DNA of 63,858 bases, filler included, from Octopus bimaculoides (lineage: Eukaryota), in the NCBI RefSeq assembly GCF_001194135.2. It is 9 parts of 9 records of this genome, joined end to end, with 100 filler letters (N's around TTAATTAATTAA, not from the genome) between each part and the next. Parts side by side here need not be neighbours in the genome. Positions count along the whole stretch, not along the records: positions 14,421 to 29,208 come from NC_068982.1; positions 29,309 to 48,658 come from NC_068987.1; 7 more parts are not named here. One strand, given 5' to 3'. The translations under genes were made by a program, and so were the position numbers. Of this stretch, positions 28,270 to 39,465 are shown one piece after another. Numbering within the stretch: position 1 is the stretch's first letter; the number at the start of each line of letters is the position of its first letter. The notes under the pieces were generated by a model that saw only the letters and a program-made list of their open reading frames with translations, had not been told where the DNA came from and did no database searches.

Positions 28270-28790
28270 CTAGACGGTGGGCAATCATGGTCACTGTTTG
28301 TCAGACTCGGTTTTCGGCAGTTCGTCTCTTTGACAGAGTTGCAGTCTGGGATCAAAGGTAGACAGGACGTCTGACACCTAGGGTGTCCTCAGGCGTTTAC
28401 ATCCTTCTGCCTGTTGGACAATGTGATTGGTGGCAGTTCCAATTTGGTGTTCTATAGAGAATTAGTAGCTAGAAAATGCGATGATATTCCCAGGGAGATT
28501 CTAAGCGTTGACGAAAACATACTAGCTGCTTTGTGGCGTACTTTCGGGTCGGGGCACATGGATAAATCCCTGGACCGACAGTGCTACAGGTGGGCATTGC
28601 TAGTACGGGATAAGCTTTATAGGCACGGAAGTGCTGACATCCGAGATCGGCCAAGACGCGCACAGTGCAACGAAGCTATTCTGCACGCATTCATCCAGTG
28701 TCATAACTTAGATGACTTGTGGAGTTATGACCAACACATACTGTGAATTGTGGGACTGATCCAGCTATCAGCTGAGTTCAACGTGCATTA
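28270..28790 (+). mobile_element. Tx1/L1-clade LINE fragment (ORF2 C-terminal zf-RVT region), decayed
   Basis: ORF 28414-28746 ...QCYRWALLVRDKLYRHGS...CNEAILHAFIQCHNLDDLW resembles the CxxC...HxxxxC region of L1/Tx1 ORF2. A second partial copy of 28441-28506 lies at ~28845-28903. Confidence 0.7.
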
Positions 28791-29432
28791 ATGAAGGGGA
28801 AACTTCTTTAACAAAGCAAATAAAGGAGGTACGCTGCTTATTGAAATTTAGTGTTGTATAGAGTAAGTAGCTTGAAAATGCGATGATATTCTCAGATTCT
28901 AAGCTTATTGAAATCAGGAAGGGCCAAAAAGTAAAACTCAGGCTTTAAAAAGTGTGTAATGAATATCCTAAGCCCAGTAAAGTTGTATTGTAATTCATAG
29001 ATCTTTGACATAACTGAGAGTAAACAGAAAAGAGAGATTTAAGATTTAAGATATAAAAAAATAAAGGCTTTTTTATGAAAAGTAACGATAAATATATACA
29101 ATTAGATGAACTGAGGTAGAATTAAGAGGAATAAAAGTCATTATTTTGAATTGTTAAAAGGATATCTCTATACATACACACACACACACACACACACACA
29201 TACACACANNNNNNNNNNNNNNNNNNNNNNNNNNNNNNNNNNNNNNNNNNNNTTAATTAATTAANNNNNNNNNNNNNNNNNNNNNNNNNNNNNNNNNNNN
29301 NNNNNNNNTATATGTATGTATGTGTGTGTATATGTTTGTGTGTCTGTTTGTCCCCCCAACATCGCTTGACAACCGACGCTGGTGTATTTATGTATACATA
29401 TATATGTGTACGTGTGTGTGTGTGTGTGTGAA

Positions 29433-30002
29433 GGCACATGGGTTAGCAGTTAGGGTTTTTGGCTCATAAGGTTATGAGTTCAAATATTGGCAGTGCATTG
29501 TTTCCTTGGGGGAAGCACATGGCTTGGTGGTTATGGTGTTGGACTCATGATCATAAGATTGTGGTTTCAATTCGTCAACTGGGCAGCACATGTTCCTGAG
29601 CAAAACACTTCGTTTCACATTACTCTAATCCACTCAGCTGGCAAAAATTAATAATCCTGTGATGGACTGGTGTCCCATCTGGGTGGGGAATATATACACC
29701 ATGAAACCAGCCCTTATGAGTCAGCGTGACTCAAGAAGGTAACATTACTTTTTACTCATTGTCTCCTTGAGCAAGAGACTTTTTCACATTGCTCCAGTTC
29801 ATTCAGTTGGTAAAAATGAGTAGTACCTGTGATTCAAAGGGCCATCCCTATCACTCTCTGTGTCATGTTGAATCTCCCTGAGAACTATGTTAAGGGCACA
29901 CATGTCTGTGGAGTGCTCAGCCACTTGCATGTTAATTTCATGAGCAGGCTGTTTCCGTTGATTAGATCAACTGGAACTCACATTGTTGAACCAACAGAGT
30001 AC

Positions 30003-30003
<1 letters not shown>
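29433..30003 (+). mobile_element. Cluster of old SINEs (V-like copy ~29513-29740; family C-related tail ~29760-30003)
   Basis: cctgtgatggactggtgtcccatc resembles the V-SINE central domain from recall. gtctgtggagtgctcagccacttgcatgttaatttc is shared with family C. Confidence 0.6.
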
Positions 30004-30042
<39 letters not shown>

Positions 30043-30140
30043 GTGTATATGTAGTGTATGTGATTGCATGTGCATGAATGTTTATAACATCAAAAAGGAA
30101 TACAAATGCAAACAAACGAATTGCAACCCCACTACACATA

Positions 30141-30175
<35 letters not shown>

Positions 30176-31119
30176 CCTCACACACACGTATAAATACAAC
30201 AATAACCAGATGCAAAGACATAACAATTACATCCACAGCTTTTTATCTGATCACCTAACATTTATCAATAGTCAGGTGGTAACGAGTTACCACCTTCACT
30301 TCCTCATACCTCACATATATTCACCAGAGAACTGTTAAGAAAACAAGTGTGGATAGTAGATCAGTATGGGTAGTGGTGGTGGTGGCGGTGGTGGTGNNNN
30401 NNNNNNNNNNNNNNNNNNNNNNNNNNNNNNNNNNNNNNNNNNNNNNNNNNNNNNNNNNNNNNNNNNNNNNNNNNNNNNNNNNNNNNNNNNNNNNNNNNNN
30501 NNNNNNNNNNNNNNNNNNNNNNNNNNNNNNNNNNNNNNNNNNNNNNNNNNNNNNNNNNNNNNNNNNNNNNNNNNNNNNNNNNNNNNNNNNNNNNNNNNNN
30601 NNNNNNNNNNNNNNNNNNNNNNNNNNNNNNNNNNNNNNNNNNNNNNNNNNNNNNNNNNNNNNNNNNNNNNNNNNNNNNNNNNNNNNNNNNNNNNNNNNNN
30701 NNNNNNNNNNNNNNNNNNNNNNNNNNNNNNNNNNNNNNNNNNNNNNNNNNNNNNNNNNNNNNNNNNNNNNNNNNNNNNNNNNNNNNNNNNNNNNNNNNNN
30801 NNNNNNNNNNNNNNNNNNNNNNNGTGGTGGCGGTTTTGGTAGTGGTGATGGTGATCTAGCGTTGGAAGTTAGCAAAACTAAAAACATGTACTGGAGTTAT
30901 GTTATTGACTTTCTAAATATAGCAGCAATGTCTCCCTCGAATCACATCCTATTGCTTTTCAAGAAAAAAAGGTCACATGACCAATGTAGTCTTAGATTCT
31001 TTGATACACAAAATGACAGAAGACTCATGGCTGGAATACTTTTGATCAAAGCTGATCTGGTGCTAAACAACAACAACAACAACATACTATGCATCTATAG
31101 TGAGAAGAAAAAGGTTATT

Positions 31120-31271
31120 TTTATGGCTGTATGGTTAAGAAGTTTGTTTCAGGTTCAATTCTACTGCATGGTACCCTGGGCAAGTGTCTTCTACTATAGC
31201 CCTTGGCCAATAAATGTCTTGTGAAAGGATGCTTGAATTTAGTAGAGGGAAGTTATGTGGAATCCCATCAT

Positions 31272-31275
<4 letters not shown>
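31120..31275 (+). mobile_element. CORE-type SINE fragment
   Basis: ggtaccctgggcaagtgtcttctactatagccc. Confidence 0.65.
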
Positions 31276-31312
<37 letters not shown>

Positions 31313-31350
31313 TATATATATGTGTCTATCCTGGATCGCTGAACACTCAC

Positions 31351-31446
31351 CAGGAAATTTACAGTTCTTGCACCCATTTCAAACACTACCAGCTGCAAGC
31401 ATGGGACCCCCCATTCTCCTATTAGACCTGGAACGGTCCCTACCAT
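31351..31446 (-). other. Candidate 96-nt internal exon of an unidentified gene
   Basis: Acceptor ctgcttttag and donor GTGAGT. Phase-0 frame is open (MVGTVPGLIGEWGVPCLQLVVFEMGARTVNFL). Confidence 0.35.
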
Positions 31447-31726
31447 CTAAAAGCAGCCCAAGGGAAAAGTTCCCGTTCTCACTCTTTTGGCCCACAAAAA
31501 ACTGGTTTAAGGGAGAGGACCTGTTCTCACTGATCCCAGATTATTTATTCTTTGGTGACTTACTGACCAAATGACCATAATGGATTCCTGCCTCCCAGAG
31601 GTGAAGAGTTACTTTTATCTTCAGTTTTAGTCTGACAAGACATTCACAGAGTTAAGCCCTTTGTGGATGCAAAGCCATTGGTTACTCTATGACGCATCAT
31701 AAACTCTACTTATAAATACATATATA

Positions 31727-31938
31727 CAGGGTGTCCACAAAGTCTGGGTACATGGGGATTAACACATACTTTAAAAAATTATTATTTCTTATATTTAATT
31801 GTTTATATTATGATTTTATTTACTCCATGTACCCACATGGGGATTAACACAGACTTTAAAAAATTATTATTTCTTATATTTAATTGTTTATGTTATGATT
31901 TTATTTGCTCCATGTACCCAGACTTTGTGGACACCCTG
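31727..31938. mobile_element. Tc1/mariner-type MITE with internal 85-bp tandem duplication
   Basis: TIR cagggtgtccacaaagtctgggtacatgg at both ends, flanked by TA. Internal units at 31750-31834 and 31835-31919. Confidence 0.88.
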
Positions 31939-33010
31939 TATATNNNNNNNNNNNNNNNNNNNNNNNNNNNNNNNNNNNNNNNNNNNNNNNNNNNNNNNNN
32001 NNNNNNNNNNNNNNNNNNNNNNNNNNNNNNNNNNNNNNNNNNNNNNNNNNNNNNNNNNNNNNNNNNNNNNNNNNNNNNNNNNNNNNNNNNNNNNNNNNNN
32101 NNNNNNNNNNNNNNNNNNNNNNNNNNNNNNNNNNNNNNNNNNNNNNNNNNNNNNNNNNNNNNNNNNNNNNNNNNNNNNNNNNNNNNNNNNNNNNNNNNNN
32201 NNNNNNNNNNNNNNNNNNNNNNNNNNNNNNNNNNNNNNNNNNNNNNNNNNNNNNNNNNNNNNNNNNNNNNNNNNNNNNNNNNNNNNNNNNNNNNNNNNNN
32301 NNNNNNNNNNNNNNNNNNNNNNNNNNNNNNNNNNNNNNNNNNNNNNNNNNNNNNNNNNNNNNNNNNNNNNNNNNNNNNNNNNNNNNNNNNNNNNNNNNNN
32401 NNNNNNNNNNNNNNNNNNNNNNNNNNNNNNNNNNNNNNNNNNNNNNNNNNNNNNNNNNNNNNNNNNNNNNNNNNNNNNNNNNNNNNNNNNNNNATGTATG
32501 TATGTATGTATGTATGTATGTATGTATGTATGTATGTATGCATGTATATGTGCATGAATTTATGTATGTATGTCATTATTCAGTTTTATTTCAAGATTTC
32601 TTGCCAGTAGAGAAAGAGCTAGTTTCTAGCCTACATCCAAGGCTCTTTCATTGGAATTTCAGCATCAGCAATAGGGTATTTTTGTATGAATGTATGTATG
32701 TATATGTGCATGTTTTGTATGTTTTGTTTTATGTATGTATTTTCATGCATATACTTGCATATCTAGACATTCTCATATATACTTAAATGATAAACTTCTG
32801 GAAAGTTTTACAGATTTTTACAGTTCCAGTGATGGATTGGATCTGTATGTGTAAGTGTTAGGTAAGACATACAGCCATAGAAACCATGCCAAAGCAGACA
32901 CTGGAGCATGATGCAGTCTTTGAACACATTGGATCTTGTCAAACTACCAACTTATGCTTACATATGGGATATAAATGTTTCAATTGTGATGGTGTAGGGA
33001 GAATGATGGA

Positions 33011-33230
33011 CGAGAAGGTGCTGAAAAGTTCCAGGCCTTGGATAACAGAAAATACAGGAGGATCAGTTAATTATAATTTCATTCAAACTATTCCCTTCTC
33101 AGATTCACACACTTATTGCACTTATGGTCCTTCAGCTTTTCTAAGCCCTGCAAAAGAACTTGGAAGGTTGGGCCTCCAGCCAGGCCTTTCACAATACCTT
33201 TCAAGCAAGAAACTTTTCAGCACCCCCTCG
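33011..33230. mobile_element. Mariner-derived MITE
   Basis: Ends cgagaaggtgctgaaaagtt and aacttttcagcaccccctcg(ta) are imperfect inverted repeats. No coding capacity. Confidence 0.7.
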
Positions 33231-33252
33231 TATGTGTGTGTGTGTGTGCATG

Positions 33253-33291
<39 letters not shown>

Positions 33292-33587
33292 ACATTTGAC
33301 CTACCACCATAACCATAGCTTGACGACCATTGTTGGTTTGTTTACATCCTCTGTAAATTAGAAATTTTGGCAAAAGAAACTGTTAGGACAATTACTAAAC
33401 TTTAAAAGAAAAATAAGTACTGCAGACAATTTGTTTGACTAAAACCTTTCAAGGTAATGCTCCAGCATGGCTGCATTCCAGTTACTGTAACAAGTAAAAG
33501 AAAAATAACTATTTTAAAACTGTTCTATATTTAAGAGATGAGGAAATATGTACATTATTTATACTATTTACATTATTTACATTTGAC

Positions 33588-33658
33588 GGATATATGGCAT
33601 AGTGGTTAAGAGTGTGGGCTACTAACCCCAAGATTCCAAGTTCGATTCCAGGCCGTGA

Positions 33659-33693
<35 letters not shown>

Positions 33694-33836
33694 TCGAAAA
33701 ATACCTTAGGAATGAGAACCCAGGTTCGAAATTTCCCCAATACACCTGATGAAGGCTGGTGGGTGTATCAGCCAAAACGTTATGTTAACAACAAACACGA
33801 TGAGGACAAATATCCGTCAAATGTAAATAATGTAAA
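33588..33836 (+). mobile_element. tRNA-headed SINE-like element with hammerhead-type 3' domain (family E)
   Basis: A box tggcatagtgg (33595-33605), B box gttcgattcc (33640-33649), (AAT)n spacer, then a conserved body containing ctgatgaaggctg...cagcc(a)aaacgt. The whole insertion, including an inverted tail at 33522-33592, is bounded by the TSD tattttaaaact (33510-33521 and 33837-33848). Confidence 0.85.
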
Positions 33837-34112
33837 TATTTTAAAACTATTTCTAAGAAAAGGCAGAGAAAGTCAACTCCAGAATTTTAATCAATCAATA
33901 TAAATTAAAAATAGAATGCAGCGTGGAAGCGAGTTTGAACTTTACCAGTATAGTGACAACTGCAGATATGTTTCTGGCTTATTAGATTTCATTAGTGAAA
34001 CATGGCTTAACTATTACTAAAAGATGTCACAATGAATAAATAAAATAGAGCAGTATTATGATAACATGAATTAATAGCTGGGAAAGAAAGCAGAAAAGGG
34101 GGAATGAAATAC

Positions 34113-34137
34113 TCAGGGTCTCCTGCAGCATAAAAAC
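34113..34137 (-). other. Candidate 25-nt microexon, copy 1 (paralogous copy at 35233-35257)
   Basis: ttag|GTTTTTATGCTGCAGGAGACCCTGA|gtat. This is the best-conserved core of a ~230-bp diverged duplication. Host gene not recognised. Confidence 0.35.
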
Positions 34138-34457
34138 CTAACAGTAAAGTAGGTGCTAGCATACTTGATATGATAAGCCAAACAGTTCAATCAGAAACTA
34201 TCATTAAAATTGAAATAAAATTTCTTAGCAACATAAAATATATGAGTGCTATAATTTATGAATTTAGAATTAAGGAAGCATTATTCATACACAGACTAGG
34301 ACCCCAAACTAATAATAGGCTGGAGATTGGTAATCAATATATTATTTAGCTACATCTGGACGCATGTAGGTTCATTCTTAATAACATGCTCATGTATTGT
34401 TTATAACAAAAAAAAAAAAGAAGCTTCACGTATAACACATAACTTAGAAGCAGTGCT

Positions 34458-34814
34458 GTGTTGTTGGCACTCCATCGCTTATGACGTCGAGGGTTCCAGT
34501 TGATCCAATCAACAGAACAGCCTGCTCGTGAAATTAACGTGCAAGTGGCTGAGCACTCCACAGACACGTGTACCCTTAACGTAGTTCTCGGGGATATTCA
34601 GTATGACACAGTGTGACAAGGCTGACCCTTTGAATTACAGGCACAACAGAAACAGGAAGAAAGAGTGAGAGAAAGTTGTGATGAAAGAGTACAGCGTGGA
34701 GCTTTAGGTGTTTTCGCTCAATAAACACTCACAACGCCCGGTCTGGGAATCGAAACCGCAATCCTATGACCACGAGTCCGCTGCCCTAACCACTGGGCTA
34801 TTGCGCCTCCACAC
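34458..34814 (-). mobile_element. SINE family C, 12-bp TSD
   Basis: TSD agaagcagtgct at 34446-34457 and 34815-34826. Confidence 0.92.
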
Positions 34815-35734
34815 AGAAGCAGTGCTACAGATATACCAACACACATGAGATTGAAATATAGCCGACCTCATGCACTTCTCATGAGGAATTCCAGAAGAAG
34901 CTTCGGGAGACCACTACTTAGACGCTTTCGAAAAAAAAGAAAAGCCGTTGGAAAACAGTTTATAGCAGAGACTCCATCTAAGAAGATCTGAAGAAGGAAT
35001 TGTATTCCGAAATATCATCGAACTATAGATAACTAAATTACAACAAGTATATAGTCCATTTTTTGTATTATAGTGCATTGTTGTACCATTCAAAACTTTT
35101 TATTCTTTACAAACAATACACAATGTTTCAAGCGAACTACAATACTCTCTTATATAACTTTATTAAAAGTGAGTACTATGATAAAATAAACAAATGACTG
35201 AGAGCAAGAAGAGATGTTGGGCAAGGAGATACTCAGAGTTCCCTGCTGCATAAAAACCTAATAGTTTACTATTAAGTTTTTATGCATATTTGATGTTGTA
35301 AGTCAATAAAATTAATTTTGAAATATCATTCAAATTTAAATAAAAATTATTCATAGCTGCATCAAATACATTAGTGCCTACTTTACTAAAAGTTCTTTTG
35401 AGTTTTTTTAAGCAACAGGTATCCCTAGATATTCTCCCCTGTGCTTCCCAGTCATTATTTTCTAGTACACTGCACCGTACTGTACTTTACAGTCCTATGC
35501 AATACAAAAACTATGCTAAGCCATGAACTGACACGCGCTTACAAAATATGCTGAATAAAGAGTTTTCCAAGTGTTGAGAATAGAGGTGTTAGAAATATGT
35601 TCAGGAAGTGTTGCCAATCTCATAATGGGGATTATATGAACAAACTTTGAAATATTAATATATTCTCACACTCAGGCCCCAGATGTAAAGAGGTTTCTGT
35701 CTAGGAGAAGGATGAATCATAAGATCTGTGAGAT

Positions 35735-36004
<270 letters not shown>

Positions 36005-36152
36005 GGATTTGAGAGGTGTAATTTCACTTATCTTCCACTTACATTTCACTCCTATCATGACAAATATTTACCTTAAACATAGAATATTTTGGGATATCAG
36101 AATATGTATATGAATGTATATTTTATACATACAAATATTTTATGTTTATGTG

Positions 36153-36191
<39 letters not shown>

Positions 36192-36360
36192 AAACATACA
36201 TAAACGTATGTGTATGTCTGTGTATGTGAGTGTTCAAGTTTGCATACCTGCATGTATGTTTATGTATATACATACACGCATATATATACATTTAAACATG
36301 CATAAATGCATGTGTATGTGTGTGCTTGCATGTATAAGTGTGTATGGGTATTTATATGTG

Positions 36361-36555
36361 TCATCATCATCGTCATCATCGTTGTTTAACGTCCGCTTTC
36401 CATACTAGCATGGGTTGGATGATTTGACTGAGGACTGGTGGACCAGGAGGCGACACCAGGCTCCAATCTGATTTGGCAGAGTTTCTACAGCTGGATGCCC
36501 TTCCTAATGCCAACCACTCCGAGAGTGTAGTGGGTGTTTTACGTGCCACCAGCAC
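36361..36555 (-). mobile_element. RTE 3'-end fragment
   Basis: Reverse complement of the 3'UTR and tail at 40460-40638. Confidence 0.85.
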
Positions 36556-36672
36556 ATGTGTATATATAAGTGTGTGTGTATACACATATTTGGGCATATA
36601 TATTTAAGCAAGCTGCTTATTATATACATATATTGAGAGAGATACACACACGCAGACATAAATATATATATG

Positions 36673-36705
<33 letters not shown>

Positions 36706-37042
36706 NNNNNNNNNNNNNNNNNNNNNNNNNNNNNNNNNNNNNNNNNNNNNNNNNNNNNNNNNNNNNNNNNNNNNNNNNNNNNNNNNNNNNNNNNNNNNNN
36801 NNNNNNNNNNNNNNNNNNNNNNNNNNNNNNNNNNNNNNNNNNNNNNNNNNNNNNNNNNNNNNNNNNNNNNNNNNNNNNNNNNNNNNNNNNNNNNNNNNNN
36901 NNNNNNNNNNNNNNNNNNNNNNNNNNNNNNNNNNNNNNNNNNNNNNNNNNNNNNNNNNNNNNNNNNNNNNNNNNNNNNNNNNNNNNNNNNNNNNNNNNNN
37001 NNNNNNNNNNNNNNNNNNNNNNNNNNNNNNNNNNNNNNNNNN

Positions 37043-37081
<39 letters not shown>

Positions 37082-37369
37082 TTTGGAGGGATATTATCTC
37101 CCTCTCTCATTTGGTATTGGTCCCAACTGCTACCAAGTAATTGTCCTACCATCTCTGGAAATCAGTATTTATTATACTTTTAATTTTCTTTGTTGTTGTT
37201 CAAATACATTCAACTAGCCACTTGTTGCAGACCCTATGCCATCTCATTCAAGTGCTTCAGTATCCTGAGACCAGCTTTTACCACATTCTCAATCTTCCTA
37301 TTCAGCAATAAATCCTTTGTATTTTGGTCGTCTGACTCTTCTTTACTCACTATTATCCTTCAGATAAAT

Positions 37370-37505
37370 ACATACATACATACATACATACATACATACA
37401 TACATACATACATACATGTGGTGTGGTGGTTGTCTACTCCTTACACAGACTTTGACCACCTCCTGTACCCACACCTTAACCCCTTCATGGCGTCTGATGT
37501 GGCTT
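37370..37505 (-). mobile_element. Possible RTE-like LINE 3' end (zinc-finger-like tail plus (ATGT)n)
   Basis: Minus frame IGLKSHIRRHE resembles the terminal C2H2-like motif of some RTE ORFs and is followed by a tetranucleotide tail. Confidence 0.3.
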
Positions 37506-38101
37506 TTTAACCCAATATTCTGAAAAAACACCCACACAGATTGCACCTCTGATTTGAACTACCAATACCTGCAGATACATACATACATACATACATATAT
37601 ACACACACAAACACACACACACACACACACACACATCATTTAGAGTTCACAGTATAAAGATACAAGCTACTAATAGCTTCTTGCTTGGGTCTAGGCAGGT
37701 CTATATAACATGCCTTGTGTTTACAAGTAAGAAACTATTAGTTGCTCTTATCTTTATCCTGTGTACATTAGGTGATGTTTATCTCTCACTGGATGGAGCA
37801 CTTTTTTCATTGATCTCTTTTTGGAATGTTGGATCTTGAAGCTATAAATAATATCATATCAGTATTGGGTTAAAAGAAAACTCATAAGATAGAAAAAGTG
37901 AAAGGCTGCCCATGAGACTCACATCTATATTTCCTGTAAACATATGAGACATTCTTGCATTAGAGCAAAGCAATTTTTCAAATTTCTCTGAGATGCCTTC
38001 AACTTTTTCTATGAAAAGTGATTTTTAATCCAATATTAACATCCTTTTACTTATAGCTTTATTTATTTCAAGATCCGCCATTTCAATAAAGAATTTCAAA
38101 T

Positions 38102-38501
38102 AAGAGTGACTGTGTGGTAAGTAGCTTGCTTACCAACCACATGGTTCCGAGTTCAGTCCCACTGTGTGGCACCTTCGGCAAGTGTCTTGTACTATAGCCT
38201 CGGGCCGACCAAAGCCTTGTGAGGGGATTTAGTAGACGGAAACTGAAAGAAGCCCGTCGTATATAAGTATATGTATATATATATATGTGTATGTGTGTTT
38301 GTGAGTCTGTGTTTGTCCCTCCAACATCACTTGACAACCGATGCTGGTGTGTTTACGTCCCCGTAACTTAGCGGTTCGGCAAAAGAGACCGATAGAATAA
38401 GTACTAGGCTTACAAAGAATAAGTCCTGGGGTCAATTTGCTCAACTAAAGGCGGTGCTCCAGCATGGTCGCAGTCAAATGACTGAAACAAGTAAAAGAGT
38501 A
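38102..38501 (+). mobile_element. CORE-type SINE, full length
   Basis: High identity to 12588-13002, 41757-42159 and 48292-48658. Confidence 0.9.
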
Positions 38502-38819
38502 TGTGTGTGTGTGTGTAAATTGATATAAACAGCTAGGTGAAATGTGATACCATAAAGGAAAAATACAATCATCAGTAAGTGTGGATTAAGGGTGCCGATG
38601 CACCTGCATTGCTAGAAATAAGAGTTAAAATACTCATAATGCTGTTGGAACAGCACAAATATATACATATGCTGTCAGAGGAGATAACACCCATGATCAT
38701 CTCAAGGATCGACCAGACTAGGTTTAGTTTCACCTAGGATTGTAGGCATCATCAGTTTATATTAATTTTTAGTATACACATTAGCATTTTGTTAAACCAT
38801 CCATAAATTTTTATGTTAA

Positions 38820-38862
<43 letters not shown>

Positions 38863-38869
38863 CTGGCAG

Positions 38870-38998
38870 ATGGAATTAGCCAACCATGAGTTGCTTGAGC
38901 TGTCACCACTGATGATACTTACAGCCATAAGTGAAACTAGGCCTAGTCTGGCCAGTCCTCAAGACGGTCATCGGATGTTACCTCCCCTGTCAGCATAT
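38870..38998 (+). other. Candidate 129-nt exon of an unidentified gene
   Basis: (GT)n...ggcag acceptor and GTAAGT donor. Open phase-0 frame MELANHELLELSPLMILTAISETRPSLASPQDGHRMLPPLSAY. Confidence 0.25.
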
Positions 38999-39465
38999 GT
39001 AAGTATTTGTGTTGTTCCTACAGCATTAAGAGTATTTTAACTCTTATTTCTAGCAATATCAGTGCTTCAGCACCCTTAATCACACTCAGGGATAATTGTG
39101 TGTGTGTGTATATATATATATATATAATAGAAATATGTTACAAAAACAAAATAGAGACTACACGTGGAAATGTAAAGGGAAAGTAAGCAGAAAAATAAGT
39201 CAGTGTGCATTCAAAGCAATGATTAGTAATATTACAAAACCGGTATGCTTTTAAATCTCTTTAACAACTCACAATAATGACTTTTATTAGCTATATTCCT
39301 ACCTCAGTTCATCTAATTGTATATATCTATCGTTACTTTTCATAAAAAGCCTTTACTTTTTTTGATTTCCAATGTGCATTTTCGCTTTGTATAGCTTCGC
39401 TGGATTGCTTTGAATTTTGCTATCTATATATATATTTACAAGTATGTACTCATGCACACACATAT

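Noticed and set aside
30275-30294. Short perfect palindromes (ggtggtaac-ga-gttaccacc; ctgccc-tg-gggcag near 59575)
   Set aside because: Stems of 6-9 bp with 2-nt loops are expected by chance in 64 kb.
33588-33660. tRNA-like sequences (also at 25540-25604, 43138-43205, 54711-54780, 61700-61860)
   Set aside because: They have A/B boxes but no complete acceptor stem and run into repeat bodies. They are SINE heads, not tRNA genes.
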